Positions 1-13,005 of a stretch of 64,000 nt of DNA are shown here, piece after piece (position 1 is the first letter of the stretch; each line of letters opens with the position of its first letter). This DNA is from Bugula neritina (taxonomy: Eukaryota; Animalia; Bryozoa), in the NCBI GenBank assembly GCA_964035545.1, contig OZ037767.1, forward strand, positions 16,672,581 through 16,736,580. The letters run 5' to 3'. The notes beneath the pieces are model-generated. The model saw nothing but the letters and a program-made list of their open reading frames with translations, did no database searches and was not told the DNA's origin. A program made the position numbers and the translations under genes.

Positions 1-196
1 TAAAATTATATACCAAAAACTATTTAGAACTTTATAATTTTCTTTATAACATATTGTGTAACAGTAGACAACCACAATATTTCAAATAAAATTATCATAG
101 CATTAGTACAAGTATTAATGTAATTAGCTTAAGGTATCAGAGTATATTATGTAATTACAGCAACTCATTTTATATTTCATACAAACTTTGTTGAAG

Positions 197-3100
197 GAGA
201 AGGAAAAGAAGAGTTCAAGGGCATCAGAGACACACAGAGGTGTTCGCGGAATATCTTTGGTGTTCTGTATCATAAATCTTCTCCTGTGGTTTTGCTTACT
301 GCTCTACGGTGTATTTGAAGTATCAAACTTGTACAGAGAAGTTGATAGTCTCACAGCTGCTACTAGAGAGAAACCGTCTGTTGCGACCTTGACCCAAACT
401 AAACAGGAAGTAGAAGAGAAACTCATAGTGAGGCTCACAGATGAGATCAGAAGTGTAAGAAGAGAGAGTAAAAGAGAAAGAAAGAGTATAGAAGAAGAAA
501 ACAAAGTGTTGAAGGAAAAGTTGCTCTCACTAGAAACACAATATGATAACTTCAAGAGATTCTGGAAGGAGATGGTAGAGAAAGTAGGTAGTTATTAGTT
601 TACTTATTCGCATGAAACAAGCATAGCCCCATTTCTTGGTATATAATCGAATAATTTTACTTTAGGTTGTCTCCCATGAGAATAAAAGTGAAGTGAGAGT
701 TGAAAGACCAGAAGTAACTACAAGTTCTGTGTTTATTATGACTAACACCTCGACTGGGAGTGAAAGTACTGACTCAGGGAGTGGCGAATCTCCATTTCTG
801 ATTGGTGGAGAGGTGGGATATAGTATATTGTGTTAATGCAGTAATGATAAATATATATTTTACTTACCTGAAATTGCAATTACAGAGTAATCTATTCCAT
901 TGGTTGCAGGTGCTGTTTCATGAGAATAGAGAGGGAAATGAGTGGATAACTCCAGTCAGTACTTCTGACTCAACTACATCTGAACCAACTAGTATAGCAG
1001 AGCTGGGTAGTGGTGAAACTGAGTTGCATTTAACCAATGAGAGCGTTCCATACACATACACACAAAGTTCAGCTAATAGCAACAGCTCTAAGACAGAAGA
1101 AGGGGACCCCACAGTTCTCCTCCCCACTTCTTTTAAAAATATGGAAAGTTCCTTGGGCTATGATGACACAGAGCTGTCTTTACCTGAGCAAATTGTTGAA
1201 CTTTTAGGTAAATTGTATAATATTCATGTAATATTGTACATTAATACAAATAAGCAAGTTTATGTTGCTTTATTCAAGATATGCGTTATTTATTGTTTTA
1301 TTCTGTTTTATAGCTTGTAGACAAGGACCAAAAGGTGAAAAAGGGGTTACTGGAAAAGATGGTCATCCAGGTATTGACGGTGCAACCGGGGAGAAAGGAG
1401 AACCCGGCATTATGGGAGAGAAAGGAATGTCAGGAGAAAAAGGAGAAAGTGGACTTCCTGGTGTTGATGGCAGAATTGGTAGAAAAGGAGAACCTGGTAA
1501 TAATGGTGAAGTTGGGGTGTCTGGAACAAAGGGTGAAAAGGGAATATCTGGAAATCATGGAGAAAAAGGAGCTCCTGGTAGAAACGGAGCCGATGGAGAA
1601 AAAGGAGTTCAGGGTTTGAAAGGTGATAAAGGTTTGCCTGGAGAGAATGGACTGCCTGGTGTAGATGGCATAGCTGGTGAAAAAGGAGAACCTGGTCGTT
1701 TTGGCTCAGCCGGCACACCAGGACCAAAAGGCGATAAAGGAATGTCTGGAGAAAATGGAAGAAATGGAGCACCTGGTAACACTGGTGCTAAAGGAGATCC
1801 AGGTGAACCTGGAGCTCAGGGAGACAAGGGAATGATTGGTCAAAAGGGATCAAAAGGACTACAAGGACAGACTGGAGTAAGAGGAGTGGCTGGTTTGAAG
1901 GGAGATTCTGGTAGAACTGGTATTCCAGGAGTCAAAGGTGAAAAAGGTGAATATTGTATTACACAGTATATATATTATATTGTTTAATATGTCGTATTAC
2001 ATATAGTAGAATATATTACTATCATCAGCTTGGCATGTGAGTTTACATTCAAACTGTTCCTTAAATTCCAACTAATTGAAATCGCTAATCTTCAAGTGTA
2101 AAAATCAAGTCCTTGCTTAGTATACGTTTGATTAGAGAATTAGGGGTTTTTTTAGTACCTATATGGTATAGAATTTTTGCACTTCTCACAGAATATTCTT
2201 AACCACTCATGTTTTTAGGAAAGTATAAATCATTGTTAGAATGCTTTTCTTGCAGGTGGCAGGGGAATAATAGGTCTGACTGGTGCTAAGGGAGTTCAGG
2301 GTGTCAGTGGAAGAAAAGGAGATAGAGGACCACCAGGTGCTACAGGAGCTTCTGGAAGTGTTGGCAGACCAGGTTTGAAAGGAACAGCTGGAATTAATGG
2401 CATAACTGGTGCAAAAGGTGCAAAAGGTGCTTCTGGTAGACCCGGTGCTAAAGGTGCCACAGGTACTTCCGGTGTTAAAGGTGCAAGGGGAGTTCCTGGA
2501 CTCAAAGGAGCACCAGGTATAAACATTATGCATGTGGGTCACCATGAGGTTCCATATTCAAAGTCATATTTTAGTAACAGCCTAATCTGATATTGAAACA
2601 CTCTTTCCCTCACATGTATTGCAACGTTAGAAATTTTCATGCACACTGTTTATTGTAGGAGAGGATTGTCCAGTTGAAGATATTTTAGAAGTGATTTTTG
2701 GTGGTAAGTGTTTATCTATAAATTTTGTTCATTAATAATTGGTAGTCTTGTTCGGTGAACACACTATGCTGGTTGAAATCAATAGTTTATGAACTGATAG
2801 AAACTTAAATTTGATTGGCTAGTAACCTGTAATGACATGGAACTTGTAAATGTGAAATGAAGGTATGGTATAGCTGTGTGGAATGATTAGTTATATTGAA
2901 GTTGCAATTTTGAAATTGCTGAGTTTAAAAGCCTTTGTCATGATCATTTTTAAAATTTTGAGCTGTAAGTGTGACTTTATTGGCACTTATAAACAATTGA
3001 ATATCTTATTACTGTATTGGTTCAGTTTTATACCAATTACACTCACAAGATTCACCAGGTTAATCGTTTTTCAGGAAAAGTTTTTAAAGTTGGCAGCACT

Positions 3101-4183
3101 TATTATAATTACCATGAAACTCCTAAGAAAAATTGGCAAGATGCCAAAAACTTCTGCACACAGAGAGCAGGTGGAAAACTCGCACAGTTACCAACTTCAA
3201 GTACAGAACGCCAAAGTTTGCGGAACAAGCTGGAATCTGTTGCAGGTGTGTACAAATCATAGAACCACATATACTTTACTAAGTCTAGCAACCTACAGTT
3301 GAGTCTCACTACTTTGATTATCTAATAAACACTAGAAGCTCAGTTTCTATAATTCAGTATATTACTTTTCAGTACAGAGTGGACGGTACTGTTGATGTAG
3401 CATTATATCTCTAACACTCAGATTTTTTATGCAATGAAATACATACGCATACATACATACATAATATATTATGATAATGAAGGTAGAAAAGCAATATATA
3501 CGTAGATCAAAACACAAGTAAAGCAAAGAAAATAAATTGAGTATAGCTGAGTTATCTATAGCTAACCTATTTTAAAAGATAAAATGGTTTGGCTTTGCTC
3601 TAGGTTAGACATTGCTTCAGTTTAATACCTTTCATAATTCTACAGCATTGCGTTTCTATATATATTACTACATATACTGAAAGTTTGTTGTCAATTACAG
3701 GCTATAATTATAATCTTTGGAATTATGATCGTGTTTGGGTTGGAGCAAGTAGAGTTTATGCTGGCACTTTTAAATGGAATGATGGTAGTTCTATTGCTAA
3801 CTCTCTCTGGTTTTCTGGACAGCCAAATAATTATGGTAAGGTTTTCTCTGTACATTACTTTGTTTATAACAAATATAGATTAGACAGTCTGAGAACGTAA
3901 AGAAAGTTATCTTGCCTTATTACTGCACCAGATAAACCTGTCATAATTATATATAAGAAACCATCATAATATAGCATAGAGTACAATCTGCTACAAAAAA
4001 TCAGTCAACTTTTTCTTGCTGAATCACTGAAGCTCTTAGTAAACTATTGCCCAATAATAAAAGATGTCCTTTGCTGTTCTAGGAGGCCAACAGAACTGTG
4101 CTGAATTGGCGCTCAACCATGGAAAACTCAATGATCGTAGATGTGATGTTCTTCGGCCATTTCTCTGTCAAATATCTAGTTAG
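197..4183 (+). CDS. Copy 1: type II transmembrane collagen / C-type lectin receptor (collectin-12 / class A scavenger receptor-like); ATG exon lies upstream of the window
   Basis: Exons 197-583 (TM ISLVFCIINLLLWFCLLLYGVF plus coiled coil), 666-812, 910-1207 (S/T stalk), 1314-1946 and 2256-2516 (Gly-X-Y), 2659-2703, 3075-3245, 3701-3835, 4083-4183. All GT-AG and phase-compatible with no stops. CTLD motifs NWQDAKNFC, VWVG, FKWNDGS, GQPNN, NC, LND, C, FLC. Confidence 0.9.
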
Positions 4184-4708
4184 GAAGTGAGTCTACACAT
4201 CAACCAATCAGCATCCAGTGACAAGCTTAGAGTAGAGTGAATTTGTAGTACTCTAGAAATATTTGTTATAGACTACATCATACTGTAATATGATATTATC
4301 ATACTATATCTTACCGTAATATGATAGGATTATATACTATGTTATACTGCACTATGATTCCTATACATATATACCTGACGAATATACAATCTACATTGAA
4401 TAAAATAGACTGTGCTAGTTTATAATATTTCATCTTAATGAGGTGCTTTAGCTGCTGTTTTATAAGTATTATTATACATATAAGTTACAATTATTGAATA
4501 CAATAACATGTATATCTAGTAAATAAAATTTAAAAAATACCTAACTTGCAGCATTATATTATCTGTAAATTGCCAAATCAATGAAAAGTTTATTGAAATA
4601 GAAATTAAAGTGTTCTATTTCATCAACTGTATAACACTCTGAAATAAATAAAAAAACATATAATAATTCTACAAGTTTTTAATAGCATAGCAAATTGTAT
4701 ATTTTCAT

Positions 4709-4960
4709 TAATGAGAAAGTGGTACTATATAAGTTCTATATTGAATAATAATGTCTGCTTTTTGAGTTACTGTTATATAATCACATCTCAACTTATCTGA
4801 CAGCTGCATATGGTGGGAATGTGAAAGAGAGCACCTGCTTTCCCTGTCAATCTGATATATTCTCATTTACTACAATGACTCATCCTTATATCAGCCAATC
4901 ATATAAGTTTATCATAGATTGTTATTAAATTCCCAAAGTAGCTGTCAATTCGAAATTCCC
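4709..4960. promoter_or_regulatory. Conserved ~250-bp non-coding block downstream of each lectin-type gene (also about 11143-11400 and 20308-20560); candidate enhancer
   Basis: Near-identical in three units while the flanks diverge; contains CAGCTG and CACCTG E-boxes, TGACTCA and CCAAT. Confidence 0.45.
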
Positions 4961-6257
4961 AAATATATAATACAGTTTAGTTATTATAACACTGAGATTT
5001 ATATGGGTTGTAATAACTTAATTGAATAACTCATCAGCTGTTGAATTATTAAAATCTATTACAACTTATAGATTAAATTATATTTACAATATTGCCAGGA
5101 TTAAAACTAAAACACAATTTTTGCTCAAACACTTGTTTCCGGACCTTGAATACTCAAAATAAATAGCTTTGAATATAAACGGAATCTGGAATCTTCCATT
5201 ACTAACAAAACAAAAGCCTTCAATAAAAAGACCAAAGGCAAGGATAACATTGGAGTTGACTAATAACAATAGAAGTAGAATTTGGCTAGTACAGGAAATT
5301 AAGACTGTAATTTCCTCTCAAATGGGGGGTTGTCACAAATTATACTTTATAAACTGTATTATATATATCTCTCTTTTGTTATTTAGCTTACGCCCATAAT
5401 TAGTATGGCACACAAGTCTATGCAGGTATTATTGCGCAATAGTTGTTTACATTCTTAGTCACTTTTTATTGGCTAATGAATAGTGCCTATTCTGCACGAG
5501 TCATGCACAGTGTCGAATGTGGTAGTATTTTCTAGACTTATCAATTTAGTATAAAAGCAGATGCTTTACTTGTAAAAGTAAGTTCATTTTCATAAGTTCA
5601 TCTGTCCATATCTTGCTGGATAAATAAAGCCTACTTATATTTATAAATCTATTTACTCTCAACTGGATTAGCAAGCTGATGCTACTTGTCTACACACTGC
5701 TGACTACCAGACTTTTCGAACTCGTCACACTACAACCATAGTTTTGTGACAATAACTAATGTTTACACAAACTAAATCTAAATATAAAGTTCCCAGCAAA
5801 CTTAGCCATGTTATCTACACATCTGTGTAGATCTGTAATTCCAATACTCAAAGGTTATCAATATATTATTTTCTCTATCGAGTTCCTTTTCAAAATTTTT
5901 GAGCGTCACATTAACTGGGAGTGTATTTCAAATTATAGAAAGAGTGAACTTTGGTTTGAGTAAACCTTTAAAATAATTTAACTTGACTTTTACTAAAATA
6001 AAAGAGCGGATTAAGTTTTAGAAACTAATAATTGGGGGTTGCATTATATAATTATTATAATCTATCATATCAATTATAAAACATATTATTCTAAAACTCG
6101 CTAAAGTTTTACTATTATTTTCCTTCAACAAAGTGCATTGTTTGCATTATGATACATCGACATACTTTTTAGAACAAAATAAAACTATTATCTCTCCCCC
6201 CCCCCTCTTCTATCCATGTGTTTGTATTATATAATGTGGTTTTGTTTTAGTTCAACA

Positions 6258-6333
6258 TATAAAACAGAAGACTCAGTGACATCTAACAGTTACTCTCACT
6301 TTCATCAGAGTGTACGACTTGACCATGGTAAGT
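6258..6333 (+). promoter_or_regulatory. TATA promoter and ATG-only first exon of copy 2
   Basis: TATAAAA-cagaagactcagt...catcagagtgtac...ATG|gtaagt; the same module precedes copies 3, 5 and 6. Confidence 0.7.
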
Positions 6334-9300
6334 TCCCGGTATATTTTAGTGTATTCCAACTATTTTATTCCTATAATATTTATTTTCATTAATGCAAACA
6401 GATATAACAATTTGTTTCAAATTTATTGAATAGGGAACTTTTTTTTACAAAACATAGCAATAATAATTTAACAGATTTGTATCAATACTATAAAATTGAT
6501 AATTCATAAAAACTTTATGAAATGTGAATTAAATCTCTGTAATAACTTTTTAGTTAAAATTTTTGTTCATCAAATTCAACATCTTATAGAACTTTATATT
6601 ATAGTTTATAAAGATTAAATGTTTTACACCATTGCTTTGACTTGTTAATATTTTAAAATACAGCAATTACCATAATAAAAGCGTTTAAAAAACAAAACTA
6701 AAAAAAAAATTAATTATTATGTGAAAAAGCTAGTAAAATATATAAACTATGGAGTATGGAGTATATAGTAAAGAGCAACTGTAATTATAGTTTTGCATTT
6801 TCAAGTACATAATGAAAATTTAGCACAAATATATAACTATTTGAAGTTACATCTTTCTAAAGTATATAATAGATTAACAATTGAACAAAGATGAAATTTA
6901 TTAAACAAGTGTTGCTTACACTGATCTCATGTAAACTAATTGAAATTATTTGTTTTTTTGTGAAACTTTTAATTTATGTTTATAGGAATTTCAACACAAT
7001 TATGCAATTAAATGATTGCAAATCTCAACATTTATTTCTTTGCTGCATTCATGTTCTCGAACAGTAAATTAAATCAATATATTAGTACACAGGCAAATTC
7101 TTGAAATTATATTATAAATTTTCTAGTTTTATACATATAGACATGTAACACTATATCACGTATAGTTAAATGATTTCACATCTCAATATATATTTTTATA
7201 CTGAATCCATGCTCTCCAACAGTACATTAGATAAATATATCAGTACACAGGATAACTCTCTTCTTCAACCAATATAGTACTTGTTGGCTATAATATCTTA
7301 CAGACTATATCCTAAATCCTTAGGCTATGCATGTCATTGTAATCATTGCAATAAGTTTTAACTGAGAATAACAGTACTGACTCAGGGAGTGGTGAATCTC
7401 CATTTCTGATTGGTGGAGAGGTGGGATATAGCTTACGGTGAAAAGCAGTAGAGATAAATATTATATATTTTACTTACCTGAAATTGCAATTACAGAGTAA
7501 TCTATTCCATTGGTTGCAGGTGCTGTTTCATGAGAATAGAGAGGGAAATGAGTGGATAACTCCAGTCAGTACTTCTGACTCAACTACATCTGAACCAACT
7601 AGTATAGCAGAGATGGGTAGTGGTGAAACTGAGTTGCATTTAACCAATGAGAGTGTTCCATACACATACACACAAAGTTCAGCCAATAGAAACAGCTCTA
7701 AGACAGAAGAAGGGAACCCCACAGTTCTACTCCACACTTCATTCAAGAATATGGAAAGTTTTTTGGGCTATGATGACACAGAGCTGCCTTTACCTGAGCA
7801 AATTGTCGAACTTCTAGGTAAAGTATATAATATTTATGTAGTATTGTGCGTTAATATGAATTAGCAAGTTTATGTTAATGGTTTATACACGATTAGCATT
7901 ATTTATTATTTTATTCTGTTTCATAGCTTGTAGACAAGGACCAAAAGGTGAAAAAGGAATTAATGGAAAAGATGGACATCCAGGTGTTGATGGTGCGACA
8001 GGAGAGAAAGGAGAACCTGGCATTATGGGAGAGAAAGGAGTGTCAGGAGATAAAGGAGAGCACGGACTTCCTGGTGTTGATGGCAGAATTGGTAGAAAAG
8101 GAGAACCTGGAAATAATGGTGAAGTTGGAGTGCCTGGATCAAAGGGTGAAAAGGGAATCCCTGGAAATCATGGAGAAAATGGAGCTCCTGGTAGAAACGA
8201 AACCAACGGAGAAAAAGGAGTTCAGGGTTTGAAAGGTGATAAAGGTTTTCCTGGAAGGAATGGACTTCCTGGTGTAGATGGCATCGCTGGTGAAAAAGGA
8301 GAACCTGGTACTTCTGGCTCAGCCGGCACACCAGGATCAAAAGGTGATAAAGGAATGCCTGGAGAAAATGGAAGAAATGGAGCACCTGGTATAACACTGG
8401 TGCTAAAGGAGAGCCTGGTCAACCTGGAGCTCCGGGAGACAAGGGAATGATTGGTCAGAAGGGATCAAAAGGAATACAAGGACAGACTGGAGTAAGAGGA
8501 GTGACTGGCTTAAAGGGAGATCCTGGTAGAGCTGGTAGTCCAGGAGTCAAAGGTGAAAAAAGTGAATGGATGATGTACATACAATACCCATCAATCTAAC
8601 TTTTACTCTCATCAAGTTGTTTCTACATAGCAGATTACATTATACAAATACTATACTAAGTAGCATATTGTATTATATGTAATATATTATCTTTTATTTT
8701 TTAACTTATTGTATTGCATTTAGAATATATTTCTATCAGTTTGGCATGTGATTTTACATATTTTAAACTATTTCTAAAGCCCCAACTAATTGAAATTGCT
8801 ATTCTTTCAAGTTTAAAAGTCAAGTCCTAGCTTAGTATACATTTGATTAAAGAATTAGTGGCCTTTTTAGTACGTATATGGTATAGAATTTTTGTACATT
8901 TTACAGAATATTTTAACCACTCATGTTTTTTATGAAAGAAATCATTGTTAGATTGCTTCTCTTGCAGGTGACAAGGGAATAAGAGGTTTAAATGGTGCTA
9001 AAGGAGCTCAGGGTGTCACTGGAAGAAAGGGAGACAGAGGGCTACCAGGTGCAAAAGGTGCTTCTGGAGGTGTTGGCAGACCAGGTTTGAGAGGAACACC
9101 TGGACTTAATGGCATACCTGGTGCTAAAGGTGCAAAAGGTGCTTCTGGTAGTGTTGGTAGACCCGGTGCTAAAGGTGCTACAGGTACTCCCGGTGTTAAA
9201 GGTGCAAGAGGAGTTCTTGGACTCAAAGGAGCACCAGGTATATACATTATGCATGTGGGTCGCCATGGGATTCTATATTCAAAGTAATATTTTAGTAACA

Positions 9301-10761
9301 GGCTATTGTGTTATTGAAACACTCTTTCCTTATATGTCTTGCAGCATTAGAAGTTTTCACCCAAACACTGTTTATTGTAGGAGAGAATTGCCCGGTCGAA
9401 GATATTTTAAAAGTGATTTTTGATGGTAAGTATTTATCTATAAGTCTTGTTCCTTAATAGTTGGTAGTCTTGTTTCCTAATAGTTGGTAGTCTTGTTCAC
9501 TAATAGTGTATGCAGCATTTTAGTCACACTCGCCCTAATTCATAATATCAGCAGTTTAGAAACTATAATGCAAGTTTGAAGAGTTTGACCAGTAACCTTC
9601 ACTTAATTCGCAATGGTAATTGAAGTATATAATTATTGCATTTGTTCAGTTTTTTACCAATTGCTCTTATTTCCCAGGCTTCACCAATGTATGTGTTTTT
9701 AAGGGGAAGTCTTTCAGATTGGCACCACTTATTATAGTTACCATGAAAGCCCCAAGAAAAACTGGCAAGATGCCAAAAACTTCTGCACACAGGAAACAGG
9801 TGGAAAATTTGCACAGTTACCAACTTCAAGTACAGAGCGTCAAAGTTTGTTGAACAAACTGAGATGTTTTTCAGGTGCGTGCAAATCATGGAAATACAGA
9901 TCTTATTTTATTACTTTTCAGTACAGAGTGGGTGGCACTGCTGATTTAGCATTATTTCTGTTACATTCAGATTTTGTTATGCAATGAAATACATACGCAT
10001 ACATACATACATATTTTATGATACTGAAGGTGGAAAAGCAATACACATAGATCAAAGCACAAGTAAAGCATTTGCTTAAATATGTTAACAGAATAAATTG
10101 AGTATAGCTGATTTATCTATAACCTATTTCAAAAAATCAAATAGCGTCTGACTTTGTGCTATGTTAGAAATTGATTCAATTGAGTTCCATTCATAATTCT
10201 ACAACATCGCGTCGTTATACTGGAAGTTTGTTGTCATTTGCAGGCGATTATAATCGTGTTTGGGTTGGAGCAAGAAAAGTTTATGGCACTTTTAGATGGA
10301 ATGATGGTAGTTCTATTGCTAACTCTCTCTGGGATCCTGGACAACCAGATAATTGGAGTAAGGTTTTCTCTGCACATTCCTTTGTGTATAACAAACACAG
10401 ATTAGACAGCTAGAGAGTTATCTTGCTGTGTTGATAATTATTACGTAATAATATACTAGTTAACAGTATAATAGTTATAATTATACTGTATCAGATGAAT
10501 ATGTCATATGTATATTATATATATATAACCATCATAATAGCACAAAGTATAGTTTGCTATTATAGTTTGCTAAGAAAGGCAGTCCACTCTTTATGGTCCA
10601 ATCACTGATGCTCTTAGTAAACTATTGCCCTATAATAACTGACGTTCTTTGTTGTTCTAGATGACCAAGAGAACTGTGTTGAATTGTTGCTCAACTCTGG
10701 AAAACTCAATGATCGTGCATGTATTGGAGAGCTGTCGTTTCTCTGTCAAATATTTAATTAG
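6325..10761 (+). pseudogene. Copy 2: collagen/C-type lectin paralogue lacking the TM exon and frameshifted in the collagen exon; 3' exons intact
   Basis: ATG|GT at 6325-6327. Exon 2 and the 5' part of exon 3 are deleted (junction about 7361 versus copy 3). Exon 7520-7817 is present. Collagen exon 7927-8561 has a 2-nt insertion near 8391 (ggt-ata-aca versus ggt-aac-act), giving a stop at 8448-8450. Exons 8968-9237, 9381-9425, 9704-9874, 10244-10357 and 10661-10761 are open (QPD...LND). Confidence 0.8.
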
Positions 10762-12923
10762 GAACTGAGTCTACACAGCAACCAATCAAAATCTAGCTAT
10801 AACTTTTTATATTAGAGACATCAGTGTCCAGTGACAAGCTTAGAACAGAGTGACCATTGCACGTCACTCTAAAGTCTAAAGTTTAAAAAATATTCTTATA
10901 TAGCTTACTATCTTATTGTATGTTATGATAATATATTGTACTGTAATATTATATTATAGTAATTATACTGTCATATTTCTAATATGATTTATTTTATTAT
11001 ATCTTGCTGGAATATTATATAATATTATTATACTATTTTATACTGTAGTAAGAATTATATACATATATTTGACGGATACTGAATGAAGTAGACTGTGTTA
11101 GTTCATATTTTAGTTCAGTGAGATACTTTGGCTTGTGATCATCAATGAGAAAGTGGTACTAGTAGTTCTATATTGAATACCAATGTCTGCTTTTTGAGTT
11201 ACTGTTATATAATCACATCTTAACTCATCTGACAGCTGCAAATGGTGGGAATGTGAAAGAGAGCACCTGCTTTCCCTGTCATTCTGATATATTCCCATTT
11301 ACTGCAATGACTCATCATTATATCAGCCAATCAAATAAGTTTATCATAGATTGTTATTAAATTCTCAAAGTAGCTGTCAGTTTGAGATTCTCAAAGTAGC
11401 TGTCAGTGTAATTACTATAATACTAAAATTTGTGGATTATTGTAACCTAATTGAATAATTCTTCTGCTTTTGTATTGTTAAAATCTATCACCCACAATGA
11501 ACTGTATTTTGACATAAAGTATTGTCAAAATGAGAAATAAAACACTTTTTTCAAACTTGAAATACTCAGAATAAATATTTTTGTATGCAAATGACAATCA
11601 GAAACACAGAACACTGATTTATTGGTCAGTATTCAGTTGTTTGTGCAGAAATATCAAATAGTATGTACAACAAGTTAAAAAAGTGTCACAGTGGAGCAGC
11701 TGATACTATCTTTTCATAGTATAAATTATATGTTGTTGCCTCGTCGTCATGGTTACAACTCTAGGTTATATTTATGAATCATAAAAGAAATTGGGTAGTA
11801 GAAGGGGTACTATAGGAGGTGCTAAGAGGGTGGTAGAGATTAGGAGTGATGGGGGTAGCAGAGGATGGAAGGGGATGCTAGAGGATAGAATGAGGTGGTA
11901 AGGGGTGGATGGATGTGGTAAAGAGATAAGTGGCTACTATAATATATAAATATGCAAAAATATAAATAATGTTTATACAAACTAAATCTTATCCTTAGCT
12001 ATGATATAAATAAATACAGTATACAGTATAACTAACTTTTTCTATAGTTATAGTAGATCAGAATAAATTATTACATAATTTAGTAAATAATTGCTAGAAA
12101 AACAATATTTACATTTCAAGTATAGCATATGATCAGAAGAATGCTACATTACAAATGATTATATTATTGTATTAGTATTGTCTATAGCTGTATATATGTA
12201 ACTATTTCAAATAATTATAATAATACTATAATATAGTCTGTTAGTTCTATTGTACTGAACTCTATTTAAATAATTATTCAGTTGAAGTTGTATTGCTTGT
12301 ATGAGAAAGTTTATATTTCTATTTATATACACGATAAAATAAACAGTGTGTATCTAATAACTTCTACAGATATGAAACATGTTAAATATATTTTATTAAA
12401 AATTAATTAAATTATGTAAAAAATCACTGACACTTTTTTATAAAGTTCCCAGCAAACTTAGTCATGTTATCTACATTATATCTGTGTAGATCTGTAATTC
12501 CAATACTCAAAGGTTATCAATATATTATTTTCTCTCATGAGTTCCTATTTTCAAAATTATAGAACGTCACATATTATTCATGGGAGTGTATTTCGAATTA
12601 TAGAAAAACTGCATTTTGATTAGCTAGACATTCTAAACTCTTTACAATATGACTTTCACTAAAATAACAAGCGGATTGAATATTACAGACTAATGGGGTT
12701 CTGACTAATATAATTACATAAATATTCAATATATTATAGTAATTATAAAACATATCATTCTAAAACTACTAGAATTTTACTATTATTTTCCTTCAACAAA
12801 GCACAGAGTGTTTGCATTATGATACATCGACATACTTGTTAGAACAAAATAAAACTGTTATCCCCCTTCTTTTTATCCATGTGTCTACTATATTATATAA
12901 TATATCATTGTTTTAGTCCAAGG

Positions 12924-13005
12924 TATAAAACAGAAGGCTCAGTTACATCTAACAATTGCTCTCATGCACTTTCATCAGAGTGTATACAACTTGAGTATGG
13001 TAAGT
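12924..13005 (+). promoter_or_regulatory. TATA promoter and ATG-only first exon of copy 3
   Basis: TATAAAA at 12924 and ATG|gtaagt at 12997; conserved among paralogues. Confidence 0.75.

Noticed and set aside
1335-2545. Alternative-frame and antisense ORFs over collagen exons (and equivalents in all copies)
   Set aside because: Shadow ORFs caused by GGN codon periodicity.
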